From positions 39,742,001 through 39,806,000 of the forward strand of contig OX597823.1 of the NCBI GenBank assembly GCA_951406725.2: a stretch of DNA of 64,000 bases. Direction: 5' to 3'. The position numbers and the translations under genes were made by a program. Each line of letters begins with the position of its first letter. The first letter of the stretch is position 1. Below, one piece after another: positions 12,580 to 25,837 of this stretch. This stretch comes from Octopus vulgaris (Eukaryota). A model generated the notes under the pieces. That model was not told the origin of the DNA. It saw only the letters and a program-made list of their open reading frames with translations, and made no database searches.

Positions 12580-13122
12580 GTCCATTTTTTAATTTTTGTC
12601 CTAATGTATTTGACGCGTTCCATATCTCTTATCATTATACTTGGATACTGTGAATTTTGCCTTTGTTTCTTTAGGTTATGTGATTGCCTTTTGCTTAAGA
12701 TAAGTGTTTGATTAGTTATTGTTTTAAAATTTTTCACTTTGTTTCATGATTGGCAAATTTGTTTTGGTGACGTTAAAAATGTTTTGGTGATGCGGATTGT
12801 GTGTTACTAGAAATAGTATTGTGTTCCGTTGATGAGTTCATCTTCCTCATGTTGCCCTAAGCTGTTTTATATGCTCGTTGTATGCTATTTTCTATCTGTA
12901 GGAGAGGCTAATTTTGCTTGAGCAGAAATCCTTTGAGTTCTATATGTGGTATGTTCCTGGTATTTGGGTCATCTACTATAGTACAAATTTTCCTGGCTAG
13001 ACAGTATGGGATGTTGCGTTTTGTGTGTGTTGGGTAGCAATATTTGAAATTTAGGTTCTGGTGTGCATCTGTGCGTTTGTAATGAATATCATTTGTGATT
13101 GTGGTGTTTGTTTTTAATTACC
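12580..13122 (-). pseudogene. Penelope-like retroelement RT thumb/linker fragment (decayed)
   Basis: Manual minus-strand translation gives DIHYKRTDAHQNLNFKYCYPTHTKRNIPYCLARKICTIV, matching the PLE consensus DIYYKPTDSHQYL.F.S.HP.HTKRNIPY.LARRIC, followed by the KRQSHNLKK linker. Confidence 0.8.
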
Positions 13123-13130
13123 ATATATAT

Positions 13131-13320
13131 TTAAGTTGAAAAGGTTGCAAGACGCAACGAAAATTTTAGGAAAATAAAAAAATAAGAAAAATGTGGAAAT
13201 TTGACCGGTGAGTGTGTTATATTATAAGGCACAAAAAGAAAATGACTCTCCCCAGACACAACAGAATATGCTTCAACACACGAACTCATATAGGGAATCT
13301 TGCAAACCAAATCCAAAACG
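13131..13320. mobile_element. Probable Penelope-type terminal repeat fragment between (TA)n tracts
   Basis: Abuts the PLE RT fragment; contains UUGAAAA-G-GUUGC-aagac-GCAAC-GAAA at 13136-13162. Confidence 0.4.
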
Positions 13321-14636
13321 ATATATATATATATATATACACAATATATATGTGTGTATGTACACACACAAACATATATTTATATTTCTACGACGGGATT
13401 CCACACAGTTTCCGTTGCTCATCAGATCAACCTGGGGCTATAGAAGAAGAATGTCCAAGGTGCTGTAGAGTGGGATTGAACGGAAAACATGTTGTTGCAT
13501 TTCGAACGTCTTAACCACACAGTCAACCTGAATACCGCAATAAATAAATAAAAACTTAGAGCCATTTAACACAAAAACCACATTAACAATATCCACATCT
13601 TCGCATTCGTGTGTTTTACACATACGATACTTAGAACAGGAAAATACCTCGTGTTTTCCTTCTAGGAGGAGATAACTGTATGACATTTCCTGCACATGAC
13701 AAATGAGCAAATGAATGTGCGATGCATTTTCTAATGATTTTTCAACCAATCAAATCACAATAAGAAAACAACAAATCATAAACGCATCGAAATCATATTT
13801 CGGTGGGTTTCCGAATATCGTTACTTGTATATTGTCACGCTACTTCTCTACTGCCATCTCTTAAATTATCGGAGACAGTAAGCACGGGGTTGCGAGTCAA
13901 GAAATTCAGCTTCTAATCAATTTTAGCAAGTTATACAGAATCTCGAATTTGTATTCAGTACTTTATCCGTTTACACCCGACACTCATCAAAAGAATACTT
14001 ATCTTTTGATATGCAAAAAAACTTAGAAAAGCTACTCTGGGGTCGAAAGTTTCGTTCTTGGCACTTACCTGTTACTCGTCAGGTGCGAAACGTTTTCCTT
14101 CAGTGAATTTTGTGACCTTCAGTAGATTAAAAAATATGTATAAAGATATATATACTTATGGATCGAGTTCACTTTCTCCTGTGTGTTTTACCAAACGCGC
14201 GCGCGCGCGCGCGCGTGTGTGTGTCTGTGTGTGCATCTTTCTGTGTGCGCGCGCGTACATGTGTACACACACACACTCACACACACACACAAGGCAGGAG
14301 CAAAACAAATCTCATTTTCAAGGTTATTAGGATAGAGAGGGCCAATTTATGACGTTTGTGATATTCTGAACTACATAAACAACTTAAATGGAAAGATTCC
14401 AAATGAGTAGCGAAACCGGATTGGTGGTTTTGAATCGACGTCAACGTACTCCCGGAACATAGGGATTGCTTTGTCTATTTTATAAGTATACATACATACA
14501 TACAAACATACATACATACATACATGCATACATACATACATACATACATACATACATACATACATACATACATACATACATACATACATACATACATACA
14601 TACATACATAATATATACATACATCATAATATATAT

Positions 14637-14671
<35 letters not shown>

Positions 14672-14921
14672 TCATATATATATATACATATATATATACA
14701 TATATACATATATAGAAACATATTTGCGTAGTTTCATACATAGTTACATACATACACATATGCATATGTACATGCATAGATACATGCTACCCTAGTCACA
14801 TTTAGTGTCAATTGTAATTGTCCTTTTTGGTGAAACATTGTAGCCTGGTGTTTACATTAGTTACATGCATATTATATATATATATATATATATGTATGTA
14901 GAGAGAGAGAGAGAGAGAAGG

Positions 14922-14955
<34 letters not shown>

Positions 14956-15335
14956 CATACAAACATACATGCATCAATGTATGCGTATACATGCGCAAGC
15001 TAGCATGCATATGTACATGCATACACACGTGCATGCTTTCAAATGTGCGCGCATGCAAGCTTACATCCATATGAGCACGTATTCTTGCATGTGCACATAT
15101 GTACATTCATACATACCTATACAAACATCTAACACGCACATTAAAAATACAATTTGTAAGCGGAACAGTAAAAATATGCAAGACTTTTCTCAAGTTCAAA
15201 GTGTGACATTGATTATGTTATTTATATTCTAACGACAGAGATTTGTATCTTTGTTAGAAAGCGGCTCCGCCCTTACGGGAAGACTTCAAGTAAATATACA
15301 TATATATACTTACTTAAAAGCTTGCTTGCATGAAC

Positions 15336-15404
<69 letters not shown>

Positions 15405-15729
15405 AGCTAGCTTTTATAAGCATTATATCAAGTACTCACCCGCAGAGTCATGTTTGAATGCTTACGCTTCTGTATGTATGTGTGTGTCTGTGTGTGTGTT
15501 TTTATGTGTGTCTGCGGTTATATTACTCTATATAGACAAACGTCCTGAACCCCATCCCTCTTTGGATTCTAAATTACATCAACCTTTCTTTATTTTCTTC
15601 TTTCTCTCTTATTTTCTTCTCTGAAATAATGTCTCGATCCTCTAAACTTGTGATTTGTCCTATCAACGATGCAAACAGTTTTCTCCCTTTCATTTTTTTT
15701 TTCCTCCCATTCAATACATAACTTTTAAA

Positions 15730-16142
15730 TTTTACTTGTTTCAGTCATTTGACTGCGTCCATACTGGGGCACTTCCCTGAAAGGTGCAGTGGAAAAAAAA
15801 TCTATCTTAGTACTTAGAATTTTACGTCTGATACTTATACCTATTTCTTTACTACCCACAAGGGGCTAAACACAGAGGGGACAAACAAGGACAGACAAGG
15901 GGATTAAGTCGATTATATCGACCCCAGTGCGTAACTGGTACTTAATTTATCGACCTCGAAAGGATGAAAGGCAAAGTCGACCTCGGCGGAATTTGAACTC
16001 AGAACGTAACGGTAGACGAAATACCGCAAAGCATTTCGCCCGGCGTGCTAACGTTTGTGCCAGTTCGCCGCCGTCTGATACTTATACCATCTGTTTCTTT
16101 CTCCGAAACGCAATTTTACGGGGACGTAAACAAACCATCACC
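15730..16142 (-). mobile_element. SINE B-type 3' half interrupted by a SINE A insertion
   Basis: tttacttgtttcagtcatttgactgcg... resumes after 16088 with ...tacggggacgtaaacaaacc. Confidence 0.7.
15842..16071 (-). mobile_element. SINE family A, full length, 17-bp TSD
   Basis: TSD CGTCTGATACTTATACC at 15825-15841 and 16072-16088. Confidence 0.92.
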
Positions 16143-16512
16143 TTTTATCACTTTATTACACGCTCAAGCTATCCTGTTATTATAATCAACTCTTGTTCCG
16201 CGGGATTATTGTTCCCCTGATTAGGAAGATGGATTTTAAGTGTTTTGGACCTTCAAGAGCGCTAATCTGGTATCCACCACTTATAACAGCGTCTCCACAC
16301 ATATTGCACTGTATATGCGCACACGCACACATACACACACATATGTACACACATGCACACACACATATGTATATATATTGTATATACATAGATACATACA
16401 CACGTACATGCATATATATATGCATGTATGTATATATAATGCATACATGCACGTATTTTATATGTTTGTGTATACATATATATATGTATATATACATATA
16501 TATATATATGTA

Positions 16513-16589
<77 letters not shown>

Positions 16590-16694
16590 ATATATATATA
16601 TATATATAATCAGATTTATGCATGTTTGTCCGACTGTGTATATATGTGTGGGAGGTGTATACAGATACGCAAATTCATATATGTTTATCTGTGA

Positions 16695-16733
<39 letters not shown>

Positions 16734-17106
16734 TGTATGTATGTATGTATGTATGTATGTATGTATGTATTATGCTTTCAGTGTCTAAAGAAAACTAATT
16801 TCCTGCCTTTCTGTCGAAGTCTCCAAAGAAGCAAAAGACCGTAAGATGATGTGCAAAAGGAAATCTATGCCGTAAGTAAAATTGAAATAAGTTGCAATCG
16901 CGAATCGAAAATAGATGTTTTGGGTCTCACCGGGTGTTATTCTCCATTCTATAACACTCACGACCCCTATGGTGCTCACTATTTTTCTATGCAGTATTAT
17001 ATCTCTATAGAAAGTAACCAGTGGAATAGCGTAAACAATAACGTAACAGAGTCAGTGCTTTATGCTACTAAGTAACGTTTTCTCCGCTCTCATTTCAAAA
17101 TTCAAG

Positions 17107-17201
<95 letters not shown>

Positions 17202-17679
17202 TAATCATATACTGAAATATGTGTAACCATATACTGGGACATATCGGTTTACATTTGCAGACATAATAAAGGCGAATCGGAAGATTTTTTTCAAGGACAA
17301 CGAAAGGTTTGTTGATTGCTATTTAAATATTTATGGAGAACAGAATCCCTTAACTTATTTTCTGTGAGATAAGTCAAAGAAGTAGGTCAGATTCATATGA
17401 CGTTTGTATACCTCAGCTCCTTACAGATTGGCGAAATCGATGGAATTAGTGAGCAACGATCAACGATTTTTTTTTTTTGTTTTTTTTTTTTGGTAAGAAA
17501 ATGAGATGGTCAAGAAAAGAGGGAGTTACTGAAAGCTGGGGACTGGGAGAAGGACTAATCAAAGTAATAATAATATTTTTCTAATTTTGGTACAACGCCA
17601 AACACCTATGGTCAAACGATCAACTTGCTGTAACTTGTAGTATTTGAGTAAGACCTAGAACAAAGCAATAACAACGTAA

Positions 17680-18125
17680 TCATCATCATTGTTCGACCGT
17701 GATCGAGACAATGGAATTTACCATGCTACGCCAGACTTCACGGTCCATCATGGCATTACGGAGGTCCTGTTGCTAGATGCCTGTATCCCTGGAGATTACA
17801 TCAGGGTAGGAGAGTGTGCGCCCTCTGGTATTACGAGTAGATGGCTTCCAGAGGAGAAGAGTAGAAATTACTTTTTTTTCAGCTCTACAACAACTGGACT
17901 CTCCTACCTTTCACAAGAGATGACACAGGTGGTAGTTTCCCATATATTTGCATTTTGGTTGGATGGCGCTTCCACGAGAGATTTTGAGCTCTCATGAGGC
18001 GAGTGTAGGTTCCATCCAACCGCCTCTCAAGCTTCTTTGATAACGTCCAGGTTTCTGAGCCATATAGTAGAATTGGTTCGACTGTGGCTTTGAATATTTC
18101 AAGTTTGAAGTCTCTACTTAGATTT
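17680..18125 (-). mobile_element. RTE-clade LINE 3' end fragment with (TGA)n tail
   Basis: Manual minus-strand translation: FKLEIFKATVEPILLYGSETWTLSKKLERRLDGTYTRLMRAQNLSW...LLLWKPSTRNTRGRTLSYPDVISRDTG...MMDREVWR. Confidence 0.85.
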
Positions 18126-18159
18126 GAACAACGTAAACGACAACAACAACAATAATAAT

Positions 18160-18583
18160 GGTTTCAAATTTTGGTACAAGGTCAGTAATTGTAGAAGGAG
18201 TAAGTTGATATCATCGACCCCAGTGTTTGACTGATACTTATTTTATTGACCCCGAAAAGATGAAAGGCAAAGTCAACCCGGAGCGGGATTTGAACTCAGG
18301 ACGTAGAGCCAGAAGAAATGCCGCTGAGTATTTTGTCTGGTTCGTCGCCTTTCCAACAACAGAAATAACCCTTTTTACTGTAGACACAAAGCTTGAACTT
18401 TGGGGGGAGGGGGCTAGTCGATTGTATCAACTCCACTGTGTAACTGGTACTTATTTCATCGACCCCGAAAGGATTGAAAGACAAAGTCGACCTCGGCGGA
18501 ATTTGAACTCAGAATTTAAAGACGGATGAAATGCTGCCAAGCATGTCACCCGGTGTGCTAACGAGTCTGCCAGCTCGCCGCCT
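18160..18583 (-). mobile_element. Two SINE A-group copies in tandem with different tails (18160-18335 and 18364-18583)
   Basis: Both carry gaccccgaaa(a/g)gat(t)gaaag(g/a)caaagtc; the second has the full head ...ctgccagctcgccgcct. Confidence 0.8.
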
Positions 18584-18636
18584 TTCAAGAACAATAATGA
18601 TAATTATAAATTTCTTCATTAGCCACAAGATGAAAA

Positions 18637-18692
<56 letters not shown>

Positions 18693-18861
18693 TCACCACT
18701 ACAACCACCACCACCACCACCACCACCAATACTACTACTACCACCACCGCCATTACCACTACTGCTGCTGCTGCTTCTGCTGCTGCTTCTGCTGCTGCTT
18801 CTGCTTCTGCTACTACTACTACTGCTACTACTGATAATGATGGTGATGATGATGATGATGA

Positions 18862-19420
18862 TTCTTTTAGCCACAGGGGACATCACAAAGATAGTCAACA
18901 CTTTCTGTGGAGGTTTACGTGAAAGATGAGGAGAAAGAATTGGAAAAGACGGTGGAATGAAATAAAGAAAATTATAGCTAGTACACAAAGAATGTCATAA
19001 CATGAATGATACCGTCCTCTTGATACAAGAGAAACTCCACCTTGGGCCAATCAAGGAAGTCCACAGATCCAGAATTTCCCTGACTCACTAAAGGCACAAG
19101 CCCTCTCCCAACTGTTGTTCTCCAATCTACAGGCGCATGCTTAGAATAGGGCCATTTACACTCCGTTTATTAATTTTTTTTGTTGTTCTTTTTTTGCTAC
19201 ACTCATCCATCTTTTTCACAAACTCACTGTGAGGTAGCAATTCCCTCTCCACCCTCACGTCCCTTTCCAAGTGGAACTTTTAAAAAAATGATGAGGGTTT
19301 GACCGAAGAGGAAGGTGTCTTTCTTTAATTTTTCAGCCTTGTCCACTACAAAACCTATTTCGCCATAGCCACTTGATAGAGGAACACTGCCTACCTTGCC
19401 TTGTTAAATGTGAAAGCCTT
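18862..19420 (-). mobile_element. L1/Tx1-like LINE 3' end, decayed
   Basis: 19240-19420 aligns with 30610-30785; the 3' terminus ttcttttagccacagggg abuts (GAT)n. Confidence 0.7.
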
Positions 19421-19489
19421 GCAATTTCCTGCTGAACAACCACACAGTTAATTTGTTTATAGTGATCATATGTTTGATTTACACATAAA

Positions 19490-19672
19490 CTCACTCCCCT
19501 CATCAGATTGACATTACCTGTACAGGTGCATGATGTACAACATGTCAGAAGATGAGATGATCACAGAGCAATGTGAAATTAAGTGTTTTACTCAAAACAA
19601 TGCAACATCTGGTCTGAGAATCAAAACCACGTTCTCACAATCGTGAGTGCAACACCCTAACTATTAAGCCAT
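19490..19672 (-). mobile_element. SINE family C 5' part, diverged
   Basis: agagcaatgtgaaattaagtgttttactcaaaac...gagaatcaaaaccacg...caccctaactattaagcc. Confidence 0.65.
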
Positions 19673-19702
19673 ATATATACATATACATATATGTGTGTGT
19701 GA

Positions 19703-19744
<42 letters not shown>

Positions 19745-19860
19745 TGAATAAACTTAAAACATGGTCTGGTTTTCACGTTTTTTATTATGGTATTTAAACA
19801 TAAAAAAATATATTTTGTAATGCTCATAAAGTTAAATAAGCGCTTTCATACATAGAAAAA

Positions 19861-19891
<31 letters not shown>

Positions 19892-20164
19892 TATACGAAG
19901 GGGGGTGTCTTACGAACTAACACTGAAATCGGTCCGATATGGTAATAATGGAATTTTTTAGAAATTTCTGTCGACCTTTTTTGAGTAGCGTGCGTATTGT
20001 GAAAAAATTATAATGGTTATGGACAATGTGTTTAATTTCGGCATATCTGGCATTAGAAATTTTTTCGTTTGCCCTTATTTATAAGTTGTCTGTGTATGTA
20101 TGTATATAAAGGAGGCGCTCCAGCATGGCCGCAGTCAAATGACTGAAACAAGTAAAAGAATATA

Positions 20165-21711
20165 CAGGATGCGGTGAATAAATTGTTGCTTGAATTACGC
20201 AAATGTGAAAATAACACTGACATCTCATTTTAACAGAAATAGTTACCAAAATTACATGAAAATATCTTGAAATACTAAAGAGTAAATTTATTCACTAAAA
20301 TCGCCATTGGCTTCAACCTCTGCCGCCAGACGACTTTGGAATCTTATCCAACTCTTCTAGACAGTCTCCTTGTTTAAGTCGGTGAATTCTGCCATAATCT
20401 TTGCTTTCATTTCATCTTTGGTGTTACAAGGAGTTTTGTTGGTCTCTCGCTCAACTGCGCCCCACACATAATAATCAAGGGGGTTACAGTCTGGGGAGTT
20501 AGGTGACAAGATGTTTGGGGTGATGTGGTCGCAGAAATTGCCTGACAACCAGGACTGGGTTCGCCTGCTTGTGCGGCATGGTGCAGAGTCCTGTTGCCAG
20601 ACATAGGCTCTTCCGGCATCCACTCTCTTGACCCAGGGCAGTACTACCTCCTCCAGGTACTTGTTGTAGGCTTCCGTGTTGAGACTGAGGCCGTGTAGGA
20701 ACATGGATGGAGGCATAACGTCGCCATCACTAGTTATCACTCCATGATGTTGATTGGATGTTTGATTTTTTATACTCTCAGTACATGTTTTGGGGACACG
20801 GCAAGCCAACGGTTGTTCTGTGTTCACTATTTGATCTTGGCAGAAATTTTTCTCGTCTGAAAAACACCAAAGCATGTCCAGTTGGAGGGAATGCTAGAAT
20901 TTGTTGAAAAGCTTCGTAGTGTGGTCTTTCCTCTTGTCCTTGATGGCTTGGGATAAAAATTGGCCCTTTCTCATCTTGTATGAGGAATACTGAATGCCTA
21001 TTTCTTTATTACCCACAAGGGGCTAAACATAGAAGCGACAAAGACAGACAAAGGTATTAAGTCGATTACATCGACCCCAGTGCGTAACTGGTACTTAACT
21101 TATCGACCCCGAAAGGATGAAAGGCAAAGTCGACCTCGGCGGAATTTGAACTCATAACGTAACGCCAGACGAATTACGGCTACGCATTTCGCCCGGCGTG
21201 CTAACGTTTCTGCCAGCTCGCCGCCTTATTCAGGAATACTGAATGCCTTCATGCAATACCTACCTGATAAGAAACTCAGACACTCTCATGTCTCGGGCGA
21301 TGGACCTGATTGACTTGGAGGGATCGTTGTCAATCATGACCTGGGCCTCACCAACAAATTCAGTTTTTTTTTCTGATCAGAATGAGCAGAGTGAGTTTTC
21401 CTATCTGCCGTACCTTCGTAATCACCATTACACTCATCCAACTCTTTCCAAATCCTCTGCACTGGCCTCAGACTGCCACTCAAACACTCTAAAATGTTCG
21501 TATTGGAGCTTCCGGCGCGAATGCCAAGTAGTACAGCATTTCGTTTCCAAATTACTGGCGGCGGAGTGAATTGCATCATGGTGCTGCTTTTTCACAGACG
21601 GTGCCCAACTGACTCTGCTATACTGTGTTGCCGACAAAATCAAAAACAAACAATGCGCATGCGCGAAATTAAAATTATATAATGGCGACAATTTACCCAT
21701 CGCACTGTTTG
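20165..21711 (-). mobile_element. Tc1/mariner DD37D (maT-type) transposon, decayed, with nested SINE
   Basis: ORF 20357-20875: FSDEKNF...WQQDSAP...SPNSPDCNPLDYYVWG, with 37 residues between the 2nd and 3rd D. Imperfect TIRs cagg(a/g)tgcg(g/a)tg..taaattgt; TA at the left end. Confidence 0.9.
21000..21231 (-). mobile_element. SINE family A inserted in the maT transposase, 17-bp TSD
   Basis: TSD AGGAATACTGAATGCCT at 20983-20999 and 21232-21248. Confidence 0.93.
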
Positions 21712-21718
21712 TATATGT

Positions 21719-21756
<38 letters not shown>

Positions 21757-21980
21757 CAAAATTAGTTAAATTAATTAATAGAGACGTCATCCTTTTGGTT
21801 CAGTTAGTTCAATTTTAAAATCCTAATCCTATAACATCTTATTCCTCACTTCCACCCAAAAGAAAACATTCTAAAGAACATCTTCCATGTTTAATGAAAT
21901 GGAAGCATCAGTTCCATTTCATTACTTTCTTTCTTCGTCCATGCTTTCTCGCCTCCAAACAGATCCTTTCGGGTCATTGA

Positions 21981-22174
21981 TCTTCTTCTCCTTCTTCTTC
22001 TTCTTCTTCTTCTTCTTCTTCTTCTTCTTCTTCTTCTTCTTCTTCTTCTCCTCCTCCTCCTCCTCCTCTTCTTCTTCTTCTTCTTCTTCTTCTTCTTCTT
22101 CTGCTTCTTCTTCTTCTGCTTCTTCTTCTTCTTCTTCTTCTTCTTCTTCTTCATCATCTTCTTCTTCCTCTTCC

Positions 22175-22205
<31 letters not shown>

Positions 22206-22336
22206 CTTCTGCTTCTTCTGCTTCTTCTTCTTCTTCTTCTTCTTCTTCTTCTTCTTCTCCTTCTCCTCCTCCTCCTCCTCCTTCTTCTTCTTCTTCTTCT
22301 TCTTCTTCTTCCTCTTCCACTTCTTCTTCCTCTTCC

Positions 22337-22367
<31 letters not shown>

Positions 22368-22697
22368 CTTCTTCTTCTTCTTCTGCTTCTTCTTCTGCTT
22401 CTTCTGCTTCTTCTTCTGCTTCTTCTTCTTCTTCTTCTTCTTCTTCTTCTTCTTCTTCTTCTTCTTCTTCTTCTTCTCCTCCTCCTCCCCTCCCCCTCCA
22501 CTTCTCTTCTTTCTCTTTCTACTCCTTTTTCTCGTCCTCCTTCACGTGGTTATTTTTATGGTAGTTATAAATTCATTATCATTATTATTATTATTACTGG
22601 CCCTTGTGGCCAATAAAAGAAATCATTATTATTATTATTATTCTAGTTATTGTAGTTATTATCATTTTTGCTATCATCATCATCATCATCTCATCAA

Positions 22698-22792
<95 letters not shown>

Positions 22793-22820
22793 TATCCTCC
22801 TCTTTCTGCTGTCATCATCA
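21981..22820. repeat. (TTC)n/(TCC)n compound array followed by (ATT)n and (ATC)n
   Basis: Directly visible. Confidence 0.95.
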
Positions 22821-23267
22821 TCTGACTGATAGGTTTTTCCAGCGCCATATTTTACGTTCATCTGATCTTTCGGTTGACATTTGGGATTGAAGTGTAGAAT
22901 CTTCTCATTTCAAATAAAACAATTGATATTTCTGGTTGAGAACATACATACGTACATACATGCACACACGTATACACGAATATACGCAGATATATCCGCA
23001 TATTAAATATATATATGTGTGTGTGTATGTGTTGCAAAAATACATACATACATACATACATGCTTTCACACACATGCATACACATGCATACAGATACAAC
23101 AGATACACATGCATACACATATACATATACTTATTCACACATACTCATACACACACACATAATCATGTATAGATACACACATATACACAAACATACGCAC
23201 ATACATACATACACACACACATACATACATACATACATACATACACACACACACATACATACATATA

Positions 23268-23301
<34 letters not shown>

Positions 23302-23350
23302 CATACATACATACATATATACATACATACATACATACATATATACATAC

Positions 23351-23381
<31 letters not shown>

Positions 23382-23829
23382 CATACATACATACATACAT
23401 ACATACATACATACATACATACATACACACAAATGTATGTCAATCTTTTATCAAAACATTTAGCTTTTATTTCACTCGTGAAGCAAAAGTTAAACGAAAA
23501 CAGCAGAAGAAAAGAATATTCTTATTCTTGTTCTCGTTGTTATTATTATTATTATTGTTAGGCTTTGTGTTTTTAGTAGAAAGAATTATTATTGTTGTTG
23601 TTGTTATTATTGTTGTAGTCGTCGTTGTTTGAAAGGAAAGATTCCGTTTAGAAATCATGGCTCTTTCCTCATTGCAGATTGCCCTATACTAAAAGAAATG
23701 ATAAAACCACCGTTGGTGTGCTTGTCTTTCTTGTGTTATTTTGTGCTGGTTAAGGCTGGTTACTTGACATTTAACTACCACGAACAATAAGGAAAAACTA
23801 AAGGGGGTTCTACTTAGATTTCCATTCTA

Positions 23830-24026
23830 ACGACTCTACTTCATGTCGAACCGTTAATTTTTACACACTTTTTTTTCTCTCTCCGTTTTCTTTTTCCTTC
23901 TCAATCCTTTCTGTCGAAGAGTGTAGGTTTGAAACGTCAAAGACTTTTCCATTCTTGTCGGGCATCAAACTAATACACCAGCTTTGTTCCTTCACCTGTC
24001 TTCGTCTTTTGTCTTCTGTAAATTTG

Positions 24027-24030
<4 letters not shown>
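23830..24030 (+). mobile_element. Penelope-type terminal fragment with decayed hammerhead motif (23907-23942)
   Basis: CUUU-CUGUCGA-A-GAGU-guag-GUUU-GAAA-CG-UC-AAAG. Ends tctgtaaatttgaac|tata; the reverse complement of this end recurs at 63985-64000. Confidence 0.5.
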
Positions 24031-24060
<30 letters not shown>

Positions 24061-24063
<3 letters not shown>

Positions 24064-24258
24064 AATATGAGAGAATCCACTATGTGGATGCTCTTATGCT
24101 AAAGATAGATCCGCAAGGGTCTCAACCACTAAGAATTGTTCTCAAGAAAAATTTAGCACACTAAATTTTTCTTGAGAACAATTCTTAGTGGTTGGGACCC
24201 CTGAGGATCTATCTCTAGCGTAAGAGCGTCCACATAGTGGATTCTCTCTCATATTTGT
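24061..24258. repeat. About 200-bp near-perfect palindrome
   Basis: Arms of about 96 bp around a CACA loop near 24157-24160; about 6 substitutions and a 2-bp indel. Confidence 0.95.
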
Positions 24259-24367
24259 GTATTAATAATATTTACTGAATCTCAGTCTTTTATGCGCTAG
24301 ACCACTGGTGTTTAAATTGATGTTGTTAAATTAATATCCAATTTTTTCACCCTCATTTTGATTTTAA

Positions 24368-24413
<46 letters not shown>

Positions 24414-24857
24414 TCAATGAACTTGTTAAACTTTTTTATATTCTCAACATACTGTTGTCACCAAAGACTGTATATTTATATGGATTATAGTACTCTGTGT
24501 CAACCAATATTCTGTGCATGTTTGAATATACAGATACAGTACCAATATCAATTCCTTCTGGAAACTATCTTAAGTATGTCCTTGAGAACGATTATTTATG
24601 TAATCTTTTTTGCCCAATATTTTAAGGAACTTGTTGAACTGTTTTATGTCCTTAACATGTCCCTGTTACCAAAGACTGTATATATATATATATGTAATGT
24701 AGCAATTTGCAACAACCAATAATTAACGCAACCAAACTTCCACATGTTACTTTTGACAATCTTTTTCCAAAGAGTGAAACCGGTAAAGTAAATAGACATC
24801 TTTTAAATTGCATTTTCAAACCTTCTTTCGTATATATATATATATATATATATATAG

Positions 24858-25135
24858 CGTGGCTAAGAAGTGGCTAGGGTCTTCGACTCATGATAGTAAG
24901 GTCGTGAAATCGATTCTTGGTGGTGCCTTCTGTCCTTGAGCGAGGCAAGACACTTTGTTTCACGTTGCTCCTGTCTGTTCAGGTGGCAAAAATGAGTAGC
25001 ATTTGTATTTCAAAGGACCAGCCTTGTGACGTTCTGTGTCATGATGGATATTCCCTGAAAACTACGCTAAGGATACACGTGCCTGCGGAGTGCTTAACCA
25101 TTTGCACGTTAATTCCACGAGCAGGTTGTTCTACT
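24858..25135 (+). mobile_element. SINE C-group copy with alternative tail
   Basis: gcgtggctaagaagtggctagggtcttcgactcatg...gtccttgagcgaggcaagacactttgtttcacgttgctcc. Confidence 0.65.
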
Positions 25136-25157
25136 GATGGGAGTGCCAATGCCAGTG

Positions 25158-25208
<51 letters not shown>

Positions 25209-25381
25209 TGTGTGTGTTCTTGTGTGTGCTTTTTTCTACTGCTTTCTTTACCACTGTTCCTCTTCCCCCTTTCTCTCCATCTCTCTTTACTACTTTATAT
25301 TTCTGCTATCATTTATATCTATTTCTCTCCTGTTTTATATACATTCCCACCAGCTCTACTCCTCACCCTCTCTCTCTCTCC

Positions 25382-25437
<56 letters not shown>

Positions 25438-25733
25438 ATTTATTTATCTCTCTCTATCTCACACGCGCACATACACACTTCCTCCTTTGCTCTCTTTATC
25501 CACCCCCCTCTCTCTCTCTCTCTACCTCCCAACCATGCTCTTATCGCTCCGTATGCCAAAAGACAATTACTCTTTCACAGTCTAATATCTTTGACATGAA
25601 ATCCGGGAGAAAGCAACAGACGATGAAATTAACGTTGTGGCTGTAAATAGAGAGAGTAGTGGGGTGAGGTGACATGGATGACATGTATTGGTCGTTGTGA
25701 CACTATGAATGCATGTGCGTTTGTGTTGTGTGT

Positions 25734-25798
<65 letters not shown>

Positions 25799-25837
25799 CT
25801 TCTATATGAAAGTCTGTTGGGCAAAAGTGCGTGCTGC

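Noticed and set aside
14040-14095. Minus-strand CUGACGA-GU...AC-GAAA-CUUUC hammerhead-like match
   Set aside because: Only a 2-bp stem II around a long loop, with no stem I or palindromic stem III; compatible with chance.
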